Shown one piece after another: positions 49,403-57,671 of a DNA stretch of 64,000 bases; within the stretch, counting starts at the first letter, position 1, and every line of letters begins with the position of its first letter. The notes under the pieces were generated by a model. That model was not told the DNA's origin. It searched no databases and worked only from the letters and a program-made list of their open reading frames with translations. This DNA comes from a bacterium (GTDB lineage Bacteria; Patescibacteriota; Patescibacteriia; UBA1558; UBA10009): positions 353,404-417,403 of the forward strand of contig JABHGM010000001.1 of NCBI GenBank assembly GCA_018672055.1. The letters run 5' to 3'. The position numbers and the translations under genes are program-made.

Positions 49403-50875
49403 ATGTTATTTAGAAAATCACAATTTGTTTTTTATACTTGTTTAAGTTTTGTATTAGGTATTGGTATAGCTTCTTTTATTTTAATACCTAATTTTTATCT
49501 ATATATCTTTTTTTTATTAAGTTTAGTTATATTAATATTATCTTCAAGCAAGTCATTACTTCAATTAATTGGCTTGTCTTGTATATTCTTAATTTTAGGT
49601 ATTTATAGATACAACATATCAATTCCAAATATAGATGAAGATTATTTAGCATATTATAATAATGCTTCTGAATCTAAGTATAGTGAGAGAAGTAGAATAA
49701 CTTTTCAAGGGATAATAATTGATGAGCCTGATACTAGATCTGATCATATTAAATACAAAGTAGAAGGCATAGATAAAAAGGGTAGAGTTTTAGTGAAAAA
49801 TGGTTTATTTCCTAAATATAACTATGGTGATGTTTTAGAAATAAATTGTGCTTTGCAAGAAGTAGAGCCTATTGAAGATTTTAGATACGATAAATATTTA
49901 GCTTTAACAGGTGTTCGTTCTTTATGTTATAGAGGCTATATTAATTTAATAGATGAGAATCAGGGTAATTTATTCAAAGCTAGTATTTTTAAATTAAAAG
50001 ATAAAGTTGTTAAGACTTCAAGCCAAATATTACCTGAACCTCAAGCCTCATTTTTAGGTGGTTTATTATGGGGAGCTAAGAAAGGCATGCCTCCTGATAT
50101 ATTAGAAAATTTTAATCGTACTGGTGTTACTCATATAATAGCTGTTTCTGGTTATAATATAACAATTATTGCAGTAATGCTTACTAATCTATTTATATCA
50201 CTTGGTATATCTCGTAAAAAAGCCTTTATATTAATATTATTAGGTATAATATTTTTTGTTATTATAACTGGTTCTCCAGCTTCAATAGTACGTGCTGGGA
50301 TAATGGGCGTTATTGCTCTTATTTCTACTACTATAGGTAGAGCAACTTCAATGAATAATATATTAGTTTTAGTTTGCTTAATAATGCTTTCTTTTAATCC
50401 TTTAGTTTTAATATGGGATGCTGGGTTTCAATTATCTTTTTTAGCTACTATTGGTCTTGTTTACTTTGTACCAATTATTGAAAGATATTTTAAGTATTTG
50501 CCTAATGTTTTAGAAATACGTGATTCTTTATCTACTACAATGGCTGCTATTATTTTAACTACGCCTCTTATACTATTTCAATTTAAACGTTTTTCTTTTT
50601 TAGCACCTATTGCTAACTTATTAATTTTACCTATTATACCAATTAATATGGCTGTTGGGTTCTTAGGCGTTGTATTAGGTATGATTTATGTTCCTCTGGG
50701 TAAAGTAATCGGTTATTTATCATGGATTATTTTAACTTATGTTTTAAAGTTAACCGAAATCTTATCTAAAGTAACTTGGGCTTCTGTTGAAATTGGTAAT
50801 TTTCATTGGTCATTTATGTTACTTAGTTATTTATTAATTTTTATTTTAATAATACGTCATGAAAAAGTTACTTAA
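49403..50875 (+). CDS. comEC: ComEC/Rec2 DNA-uptake channel, membrane 'Competence' domain part
   Basis: 490 aa, polytopic. Competence-domain signature SFLGGLLWGAKKGMPPDILENFNRTGVTHIIAVSGYNITII. Confidence 0.85.
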   Translation: MLFRKSQFVFYTCLSFVLGIGIASFILIPNFYLYIFFLLSLVILILSSSKSLLQLIGLSCIFLILGIYRYNISIPNIDEDYLAYYNNASESKYSERSRITFQGIIIDEPDTRSDHIKYKVEGIDKKGRVLVKNGLFPKYNYGDVLEINCALQEVEPIEDFRYDKYLALTGVRSLCYRGYINLIDENQGNLFKASIFKLKDKVVKTSSQILPEPQASFLGGLLWGAKKGMPPDILENFNRTGVTHIIAVSGYNITIIAVMLTNLFISLGISRKKAFILILLGIIFFVIITGSPASIVRAGIMGVIALISTTIGRATSMNNILVLVCLIMLSFNPLVLIWDAGFQLSFLATIGLVYFVPIIERYFKYLPNVLEIRDSLSTTMAAIILTTPLILFQFKRFSFLAPIANLLILPIIPINMAVGFLGVVLGMIYVPLGKVIGYLSWIILTYVLKLTEILSKVTWASVEIGNFHWSFMLLSYLLIFILIIRHEKVT

Positions 50876-51695
50876 AATATTATTCTCATTTATTATATTA
50901 ATCTCTATATTATTATCTATAATTTATTTTGAAAATAATAATAGATTAAGAATATATTTTTTTAATATTGGTCAAGGTGATTCTATTTTCATTAGAACTC
51001 CTTCTAATGAAAATATATTAATTGATGGTGGTCCTGATAATACGTTAATTACTAAGTTAGGCAGCACGCTACCTTTCTATGATCAAACAATTGATTTAAT
51101 TATTTTAACTCATCCTCATGATGATCATTTATTTGGTTTAATAAATGTATTAGAAAGATATAATGTAAAAAAAATACTATATTACCCAACTAATCATGAA
51201 ACTAGAGCATATACTAATTTTAAAGAGATTATTTCAGAAAAAAATATTCCTACAGTTGAGGCTCTAGCTGGTCAAATATTTAATTTTAAAGATGTTAAGA
51301 TAAAAGTAATCTATCCATTCCCTGATCTTGAAATGAGTAATTTAAATAATTACTCTGTTGTTACTAGGCTTAGCTATCAAGAAATTGATTTTTTCTTTAC
51401 TGGTGATTTAGAAAAAGAAGGTGAGGAAATTGTTTTAGAAAATTATGAATATTTAGAATCTGAAGTATTAAAAGCAGGGCATCATGGTAGTAAAACTTCT
51501 AGTACTTTAGAGTTTGTTAAGTTTTTAAATCCAGATATAGTTGCTATACAAGTCGGGGTGGATAATAAGTTCAATCATCCGTCAGAATCAGTTATTGCTA
51601 GGTTTAATAACTTAGATATTGAGATATATAGGAATGATTTAATGGGTGATATATGCTTTGAAGTATTTGATAATATATTAAGTTTATGTGAATAA
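50859..51695 (+). CDS. ComEC C-terminal metallo-beta-lactamase domain, encoded as a separate overlapping ORF
   Basis: 278 aa. N-terminal TM, MBL motifs (GQGDSIFI, LILTHPHDDH, AGHHGSK). Overlaps the upstream ORF by 17 nt in another frame. Confidence 0.85.
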   Translation: MKKLLKILFSFIILISILLSIIYFENNNRLRIYFFNIGQGDSIFIRTPSNENILIDGGPDNTLITKLGSTLPFYDQTIDLIILTHPHDDHLFGLINVLERYNVKKILYYPTNHETRAYTNFKEIISEKNIPTVEALAGQIFNFKDVKIKVIYPFPDLEMSNLNNYSVVTRLSYQEIDFFFTGDLEKEGEEIVLENYEYLESEVLKAGHHGSKTSSTLEFVKFLNPDIVAIQVGVDNKFNHPSESVIARFNNLDIEIYRNDLMGDICFEVFDNILSLCE

Positions 51696-51769
51696 ATAAC
51701 TAATTTTAGGTAAATTTTCAACTTGATTTATTTAATCATTCTGATATAATAATCATATTATATAAATAT

Positions 51770-52150
51770 ATGAGTGATAAGAAATCTACAATTTTGCTTA
51801 TTGAAGATGAAGAAATGCTATCTAATATGTATGAGATTAAGTTTGTTAAAGAAGGTTACCAAGTTAAGAAAGCTTTAGACGGAGAAATTGGCTTTAAAAT
51901 GGCTTCTGAAGGAGTTAAACCTGATTTAATACTACTTGATATAATAATGCCTAAATTAGACGGTTTTACAGTGCTTAAGAATTTAAAAGCAAATGCTAGT
52001 ACCAAAGATATTCCTGTTATCCTATTAACTAATTTAGGACAGGATGAAGATATTAAAAAAGGTAATAAGCTAGGAGCTACTGGTTATTTAATTAAAGCTA
52101 ATTTAACTCCAGCTCAAGTAGTTGAAAAAATTAAAGAAGTATTAAAATAA
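51770..52150 (+). CDS. Stand-alone response-regulator receiver (CheY-like) protein
   Basis: 126 aa. ILLIEDEE, LDIIMPKLDG (phospho-acceptor Asp), conserved K near the C-terminus. Confidence 0.85.
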   Translation: MSDKKSTILLIEDEEMLSNMYEIKFVKEGYQVKKALDGEIGFKMASEGVKPDLILLDIIMPKLDGFTVLKNLKANASTKDIPVILLTNLGQDEDIKKGNKLGATGYLIKANLTPAQVVEKIKEVLK

Positions 52151-52157
52151 TAAATAT

Positions 52158-52607
52158 ATGGAAAAAACATTAATAATAATTAAACCTGATGCTCTTCAAA
52201 GAAATTTAGTTGGAGAAATATTAACTCGTTTTGAAAAAAAAGGCTTAAAAGTCGTTGGTATGAAAATGATGGAGCTTGATGATTTAAAATTAGAAGAACA
52301 TTATGCTCATATTAAGGATAAACCATTTTTCGGAGATATTAAAAAATATATGAAAAGCTCTCCAGTTATTATTTTAGTTCTAGAAGGTACTCAAGTAATA
52401 GAAGCTTGCCGTATAATTTGTGGCTCAACTAAAGGTATAGAAGCTGATGCTGGTACAATACGTGGTGATCTAGCTATGAGTAATTTTAACTTAGTTCATG
52501 CTTCTGATTCCTTAAAATCATCTGAAGAAGAGATAAAGAGATTATTTAATGAAGATGAGTTATTTGACTATAGTAAGTTAGACACTATAATGATATATGA
52601 GGATTAA
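52158..52607 (+). CDS. ndk: Nucleoside diphosphate kinase
   Basis: 149 aa. TLIIIKPDALQRNLVGEI and active-site His region N..HASD. Confidence 0.93.
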   Translation: MEKTLIIIKPDALQRNLVGEILTRFEKKGLKVVGMKMMELDDLKLEEHYAHIKDKPFFGDIKKYMKSSPVIILVLEGTQVIEACRIICGSTKGIEADAGTIRGDLAMSNFNLVHASDSLKSSEEEIKRLFNEDELFDYSKLDTIMIYED

Positions 52608-52881
52608 TTTGACCTTCAATTTAAAGTATGATAATATACTATTAATATGTTAAAAATAGCTGAAAATCCCATTTATTTTACAAACCAATACACTATTTGG
52701 GTTGTTAATCGTGGCTAGCTAGTTATATACATATAAATTATACAAGCTGGTCTCAAAAAAGGTCAGTTTTTTGAAAAAGTGGACATTAGGAACCTATATA
52801 TATTAATTAGTTAATATTTACAGATTTTTAGTGTTCATACTAAAAATGATTATTTAAAATAAATAGAGGAGATAAGAAAGA

Positions 52882-52956
52882 ATGAAAGATTCGGAATCTA
52901 AGAAAGAGAGTTACTTTAATGCAGGATTAAAGAAAAAATTTGAAGTTAACCGTTAA
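52882..52956 (+). CDS. Candidate 24-aa peptide ORF (MKDSESKKESYFNAGLKKKFEVNR) with strong ribosome-binding site
   Basis: ATG at 52882 preceded by AATAGAGGAGATAAGAAAGA (GGAGG at optimal spacing). Most genes here lack a strong Shine-Dalgarno sequence. Confidence 0.3.
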   Translation: MKDSESKKESYFNAGLKKKFEVNR

Positions 52957-52991
52957 AATGAATAGCACAATAATCAACCCGGGAGAAAAAT

Positions 52992-53225
52992 ATGCAAGTC
53001 AATAATTTCTGTATAAGTGAAACTGATAATATAATCGCAGTAATTAAAAATTACCAGAATAAACTCTTAATAATAAGAGGTAATTTAACCAGAAAAGAAG
53101 CTAGAAAGCTTCCTGAATACAGAAAGGTTGCTAAGGTAATAAAAAGACAAAATAAAAGATTATTGACCATTAGAAAAAATGAGATAACCGAAATTGAAAA
53201 TTCATCTCAATCAATGTATGCATAA
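52992..53225 (+). CDS. Small basic hypothetical protein (77 aa)
   Basis: Track ORF with CCGGGAGAAAAAT ATG ribosome-binding site. Lys/Arg-rich (..RKEARKLPEYRKVAKVIKRQNKRLLTIRKNE..). Confidence 0.4.
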   Translation: MQVNNFCISETDNIIAVIKNYQNKLLIIRGNLTRKEARKLPEYRKVAKVIKRQNKRLLTIRKNEITEIENSSQSMYA

Positions 53226-53250
53226 TAATTAGGCATAAGTGATCTAATAA

Positions 53251-53277
53251 ACCCTGTAGTTTCTACAGGGTTTTTTA
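53251..53277 (+). terminator. Strong intrinsic terminator (CCCTGTAG-TTT-CTACAGGG + T6)
   Basis: Read directly, after the 77-aa ORF. Confidence 0.75.
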
Positions 53278-53282
53278 TTTGT

Positions 53283-53612
53283 CTTGATTATGTCAGCATG
53301 CTATACTTAATTATGCCCTACTTAGTTTTGGCTGATTGAATCTCTACAACCTTTTTTCTGAGGGAGTTCTAAATCTTAAGGGGCCGTGGCCTCTTTTTGC
53401 GAACACCCAGCAACCGTAACGTAGGCTACATTAGTTTTAGTAGGTTAATAAACTTGATTAACTTATCTAGCCTGCGTGGTTCGTTTGGTTCTCAGGACTT
53501 TCAATCGCCCTAGTAGGGCTTTAAGTTAAGCTAAAAATGTATAATTTTGTAATAAAACAAGTAATTTCACGTCTTATTTACTAGTAGGGTTTTAAATCCT
53601 ATTTTTTTATTT
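53283..53612. ncRNA. GC-rich ORF-free structured segment; candidate ncRNA or cis-regulatory leader of unknown class
   Basis: Markedly higher GC than its surroundings. Hairpins GGGGCC-GT-GGCCTC+T5 and CTAC-ATTAGTTTTA-GTAG. 8-bp long-range pairing TGCCCTACT (53323) with AGTAGGGC (53513). No ORF of 60 aa or more on either strand. Confidence 0.25.
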
Positions 53613-55373
53613 ATGAATAATAATACTAAAAAAACATTTAATACTTATTGGCAACATATAAAGAAATATAAGTTGTCAGGTTTTGTTATATTTATTTCTA
53701 TAATTATTGGAGTTATCACTAATATATGGGCTCCTTTGTTATATAAAAAGTTTTTTGATATTTTAACTGGTTCTATAACCGTTGTATCTCAAACTGATGC
53801 TTTAATAGAAATATTATATAATATTTTATTTATCTATTTACTTGGTTGGGTATTCTGGCGACTAGCTACTTTTACTAATAGTTATTTTCAAACTAAAATA
53901 ATGGCGGATTTAACTAATACTTGCTTTTCATATATTCATAAACATTCAATTACTTTTTTTAATAATAACTTTGTTGGTTCTCTAGTTAAACGAGTAAACC
54001 GTTTTTCTAGAGCTTTTGAAGGGATAGCCGATGCTTTAACTTGGGAACTATTACCTGCCTTAATTAATATAATAGCTGTTACATTAGTATTATTTTCTAG
54101 AAATTCAATATTGGGCTTAGCAATACTTATTTGGGTTACTATATATATAACAATTAATTATTTCTTTAGTAGGTTTAAGTTAAAATATGATATTGCTAGA
54201 AGTAAGATGGATTCTGTGGTTACTGGAGTTTTAGCTGATTCTATTACTAATCAATTAAATATTAAAATCTTTACTGGCTATGAACGTGAAAAGAAAAGGT
54301 ATAATAAAGTAATCACTAAACTTCAAAAGATGAGAAGATTTAGTTGGGATTTAGGAAATGCTTTCGAAGCTTTTCAAGTTCTTTTGATGATATTTTTAGA
54401 ATTAGCTATGTTTTACTTTGCTATTAAGCTTTGGCAAAAAGATTTAGTAACAGTTGGTGACTTTGTTTTAATTCAAGCTTATTTAATGACAATATTTAAA
54501 CAGTTATGGAGCTTTGGTAGGGTTATAAGACATTTTTATGAACATTTAGCTGATGCTGAAGAAATGACCGAGATACTTGAAACACCTCATGAAATACAAG
54601 ATATTGCTAGAGCTACAAATTTAGAAATTAAAAAAGGTATGATTGAATTTGATAATGTTGATTTTAGCTATCATAAGACACGTAAAGTAATTAAGAAACT
54701 TAATTTAATTATTAAGCCTCAAGAAAGGTTAGCTTTAGTTGGTGAATCTGGAAGTGGTAAATCTACTATTATTAATATATTACTTAGAAATTACGATATT
54801 AATTCAGGTGATATTAAAATAGATGATCAAACTATTGTTAAAGTTACGCAAGAAAGCTTAAGAAAAAATATTAGTATTGTTTCTCAAGAGCCTATTTTAT
54901 TTCATAGAACTCTTAAAGAAAATATTCGTTATGGTAAACCTAATGCTACTAACGCTGAAGTTTTTAAAGCAGCTAAACTTGCTCATTGTAATAGATTTAT
55001 ATCAGAATTCCCAGAAGGATATGATACTTTTGTTGGAGAGAGAGGAGTTAAATTATCTGGCGGTGAACGTCAGAGAGTTGCCATAGCTAGAGCTATTTTA
55101 AAAAATGCTCCTATCTTAATACTTGATGAAGCTACTTCAAGCTTAGATTCAGAGTCAGAAGAATTAATTCAAGATGCTCTTAACTCTTTAATGAAGGATA
55201 AGACAGTTATTGTTATAGCTCATAGATTGTCTACAATTATGAGAATGGATAGAATTATAGTTTTGAAAAAAGGTAAGGTTATAGAGCAGGGAAGTCATTC
55301 TGAATTAATTAAAAAAAGAGAAGGTGTTTATAATAGGTTATGGACAAAACAGATTGGTGGATTTATAGCTTAA
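53613..55373 (+). CDS. ABC transporter, fused permease/ATP-binding subunit (MsbA-like exporter)
   Basis: 586 aa. Six TM helices, Walker A GESGSGKST, signature LSGGERQRVAIARA, Walker B ILILDEATS. Confidence 0.92.
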   Translation: MNNNTKKTFNTYWQHIKKYKLSGFVIFISIIIGVITNIWAPLLYKKFFDILTGSITVVSQTDALIEILYNILFIYLLGWVFWRLATFTNSYFQTKIMADLTNTCFSYIHKHSITFFNNNFVGSLVKRVNRFSRAFEGIADALTWELLPALINIIAVTLVLFSRNSILGLAILIWVTIYITINYFFSRFKLKYDIARSKMDSVVTGVLADSITNQLNIKIFTGYEREKKRYNKVITKLQKMRRFSWDLGNAFEAFQVLLMIFLELAMFYFAIKLWQKDLVTVGDFVLIQAYLMTIFKQLWSFGRVIRHFYEHLADAEEMTEILETPHEIQDIARATNLEIKKGMIEFDNVDFSYHKTRKVIKKLNLIIKPQERLALVGESGSGKSTIINILLRNYDINSGDIKIDDQTIVKVTQESLRKNISIVSQEPILFHRTLKENIRYGKPNATNAEVFKAAKLAHCNRFISEFPEGYDTFVGERGVKLSGGERQRVAIARAILKNAPILILDEATSSLDSESEELIQDALNSLMKDKTVIVIAHRLSTIMRMDRIIVLKKGKVIEQGSHSELIKKREGVYNRLWTKQIGGFIA

Positions 55374-55380
55374 ATAAAAA

Positions 55381-55410
55381 AAGACATAAAGTTAACTTTA
55401 TGTCTTTTTA
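55381..55410. terminator. Bidirectional intrinsic terminator (AAGACATAAAGT-TAAC-TTTATGTCTT)
   Basis: Read directly between the convergent ABC transporter gene and rpmB. Confidence 0.7.
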
Positions 55411-55421
55411 GTTATAAAAAG

Positions 55422-55598
55422 TTATTTATTTTTCTTTGCTTCATTCTTAATACAAGTAGTACATACTTTTTTACGTACACCATCTATTTTTTTACTTTGT
55501 AGGTTTATATGAATCATTCTTTTTGTCTTAATATTTGAATGACTTTTTTTAATACCTGATCTAGGGCCTTTACCGCAGATTGAACATCTTCTACTCAT
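55422..55598 (-). CDS. rpmB: 50S ribosomal protein L28
   Basis: Hand translation of the minus strand: MSRRCSICGKGPRSGIKKSHSNIKTKRMIHINLQSKKIDGVRKKVCTTCIKNEAKKNK (58 aa). This is the L28 pattern (C.ICGK.P..G...SH......R...NL). Absent from the ORF track because it is under 60 aa. Confidence 0.8.
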   Translation of the reverse strand: MSRRCSICGKGPRSGIKKSHSNIKTKRMIHINLQSKKIDGVRKKVCTTCIKNEAKKNK

Positions 55599-55673
55599 AT
55601 TATTGATAATTAGTATTATTTAATATATAATGGAGAAAGTTTATATTAATTTATTATATTTGTCAAGACTACT

Positions 55674-56309
55674 ATGATGTTATCATTACTTAATGAACAA
55701 CCTATATTATTCCTAGCCTGGTTACTCGCTATTTTTTATGGTATCACTGTACATGAATTTGCTCATGCTTGGGCAGCTTCTTGGCAAGGTGATGATACTG
55801 CTAAATCACTTGGACGCTTAACTCTTAATCCTTTATCTCATATTGATATTTTTGGACTCTTAATGTTAGTGCTAGCAGGTTTTGGTTGGGGTAAACCGGT
55901 CCCAGTAAATAAGTCCAATCTTAAAAATGGCAAGGTTAGTGATAATCTAGTATCTTTAGCTGGAATATTTACTAATTTAGTAAGCTTAGTTATATTTGGT
56001 ATTATTTTAAAACTATTAATACTATATTCTTCATTTGGACCTAATAACTTACTAATTAATTTCTTATTCATGTTAATGATGATTAATTTAGTCCTAGCTA
56101 TCTTTAATATAATACCTATTCCACCACTTGATGGTTCACATGTTCTATTTAATACATTACCTGATAAGTACAATAATTTTAAGATAACCTTAGCTCAGAA
56201 TGGTCCTTTTATATTACTGGGTTTAATTATTGCTGATAATTTTTTAAATATTAATATATTTAGTTCTTTCTTTAGTTTTTTTATTAATTTATTATATAAA
56301 TTCTTTTAA
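55674..56309 (+). CDS. Peptidase M50 (site-2 protease-like) family membrane metalloprotease
   Basis: 211 aa. HEFAH zinc motif within a TM helix; RLTLNPLSHID motif. Confidence 0.75.
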   Translation: MMLSLLNEQPILFLAWLLAIFYGITVHEFAHAWAASWQGDDTAKSLGRLTLNPLSHIDIFGLLMLVLAGFGWGKPVPVNKSNLKNGKVSDNLVSLAGIFTNLVSLVIFGIILKLLILYSSFGPNNLLINFLFMLMMINLVLAIFNIIPIPPLDGSHVLFNTLPDKYNNFKITLAQNGPFILLGLIIADNFLNINIFSSFFSFFINLLYKFF

Positions 56310-56372
56310 ATTGACTTAGGGTATATTAGATGATAGGCTGGATATAACGTACATAATAATTTAGGAGAAATT

Positions 56373-56561
56373 ATGACAGTAATAATAATTTTATTTGTTA
56401 TTGCTATAAATTTAGCAGTGTGGATTAGTATTCAAATTAAAAACCTAATAATAGTAGAGATACCAAGAATAGTATTCACTGAAACACCGAAATCATGTGA
56501 TTTTAAATTTATATCTCGTAAGGTTAATAAACTGAATTTAAACCCGAATTTAAACCCATAG
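56373..56561 (+). CDS. Small hypothetical membrane protein
   Basis: 62 aa. N-terminal TM (VIIILFVIAINLAVWISI). Ribosome-binding site AGGAGAAATT ATG. Followed by a terminator hairpin + T7 at about 56555-56579. Confidence 0.35.
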   Translation: MTVIIILFVIAINLAVWISIQIKNLIIVEIPRIVFTETPKSCDFKFISRKVNKLNLNPNLNP

Positions 56562-56584
56562 AAATGTGGGTTTTTTTATTACTC

Positions 56585-56613
56585 TTGACTTAAATATAGA
56601 TATTTGTTAATAT
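56585..56613 (+). promoter_or_regulatory. Promoter of the rpsL-rpsG-fusA (str) operon: TTGACT-17-TAATAT
   Basis: Read directly. Confidence 0.5.
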
Positions 56614-56733
56614 ATCATCAAGTTGAAAAAAGGTTCCAATTTTACAACTTATATAATATGTGTAGCTGATAACTGTCCACTATTGACTAGTTATCTTTTT
56701 TATTATACAATACTGTTTATTAATACAAATAAT

Positions 56734-57162
56734 ATGCCTACAGTCAGTCAATTAATTAGAAAACCTAGAAAATCCGCTAAGAGTAAGCCTAAAACTCCTG
56801 CTTTGAGGTTTAGACAAAATACTCTTAAAAGAAGTAAAACAGAAGAGCCTAAAGGGTCTCCTTTTAAACGTGGAGTATGTGTTAAAGTTACTACTACTAC
56901 ACCTAAGAAACCTAACTCAGCTCTTCGTAAAATTGCTAGAGTTCGTTTATCAAATGGTATGGAAGTTACAGCATATATCCCAGGTATGGGTCATAATCTA
57001 CAAGAGCATTCAATTGTAATGGTTAAAGGTGGTAGAACTAAGGATTTATCCGGTGTTCGTTATAAAGTAGTTAGAGGAAGATATGATGCTCAAGGTGTTG
57101 ATGGTAGAAAACAAAGCAGATCTTCATATGGTACTAAAAAAGAAAAAGCTAAGAAATCTTAA
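56734..57162 (+). CDS. rpsL: 30S ribosomal protein S12
   Basis: [13 protein letters not shown].. start at ATG 56734. The track ORF from 56623 is an in-frame upstream extension. Conserved [10 protein letters not shown] and GGRTKDL motifs. Confidence 0.93.
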   Translation: MPTVSQLIRKPRKSAKSKPKTPALRFRQNTLKRSKTEEPKGSPFKRGVCVKVTTTTPKKPNSALRKIARVRLSNGMEVTAYIPGMGHNLQEHSIVMVKGGRTKDLSGVRYKVVRGRYDAQGVDGRKQSRSSYGTKKEKAKKS

Positions 57163-57175
57163 GTGATATAATATT

Positions 57176-57655
57176 ATGAGAGGAAGTAATAAAAATTTCA
57201 AACGTAAAATTGATCCAGATCCAAAGTTCAATAATATTGATATTGCTAAATTCATTAATTACATTATGAAAGGTGGTAAGAAAACTACTGCTCGTCGTGT
57301 AGTTTATGATGCTTTTGATATGGTTTCAGATAAAACTAAAGGTGATTCATTAGAAATATTTGAAAGAGCTATCCAAAATATTGGACCTACTTTAGAAGTA
57401 AAGGGTAGAAGAATTGGTGGTGCTAATTATCAGATACCTTTTGTTGTTTCTCCTGAACGTAAATTAATTTTAGCATATAGATGGTTAATTAAAGCTTCTC
57501 AAGCTAAAAAAGGTAAACCTATGTCAGCTAAACTAGCTGATGAAATAGTAGCAGCTTCAAATAATGAAGGTGACGCTGTTAAGAAAAAAGAAGATACTCA
57601 CAGAATGGCTGAAGCAAATAAAGCTTTTGCTCATTTTGCTAGATCTAGAAGATAA
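57176..57655 (+). CDS. rpsG: 30S ribosomal protein S7
   Basis: 159 aa. S7 signature (DPKF.., LEVKGRRIGGANYQIP). Confidence 0.95.
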   Translation: MRGSNKNFKRKIDPDPKFNNIDIAKFINYIMKGGKKTTARRVVYDAFDMVSDKTKGDSLEIFERAIQNIGPTLEVKGRRIGGANYQIPFVVSPERKLILAYRWLIKASQAKKGKPMSAKLADEIVAASNNEGDAVKKKEDTHRMAEANKAFAHFARSRR

Positions 57656-57671
57656 TTAATTTTTAAATACT

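Noticed and set aside
53283-53612. Identification of the GC-rich non-coding segment as tmRNA, RNase P RNA, SRP RNA or 6S RNA
   Set aside because: I could not find the diagnostic primary-sequence elements. There is no GGAAAGUCCGG or ACAGNAA for RNase P, no tRNA-like GGUUCGA..CCACCA 3' end or resume/tag reading frame for tmRNA, and no GGAAG..AGCAGC helix-8 motif for SRP. It is kept only as an unclassified candidate.
56623-56733. Upstream 37-codon extension of the rpsL ORF (track start 56623)
   Set aside because: S12 begins at the conserved MPTVSQLI.. (ATG 56734). The extension overlaps the str-operon promoter at 56585-56613 and has no homology.
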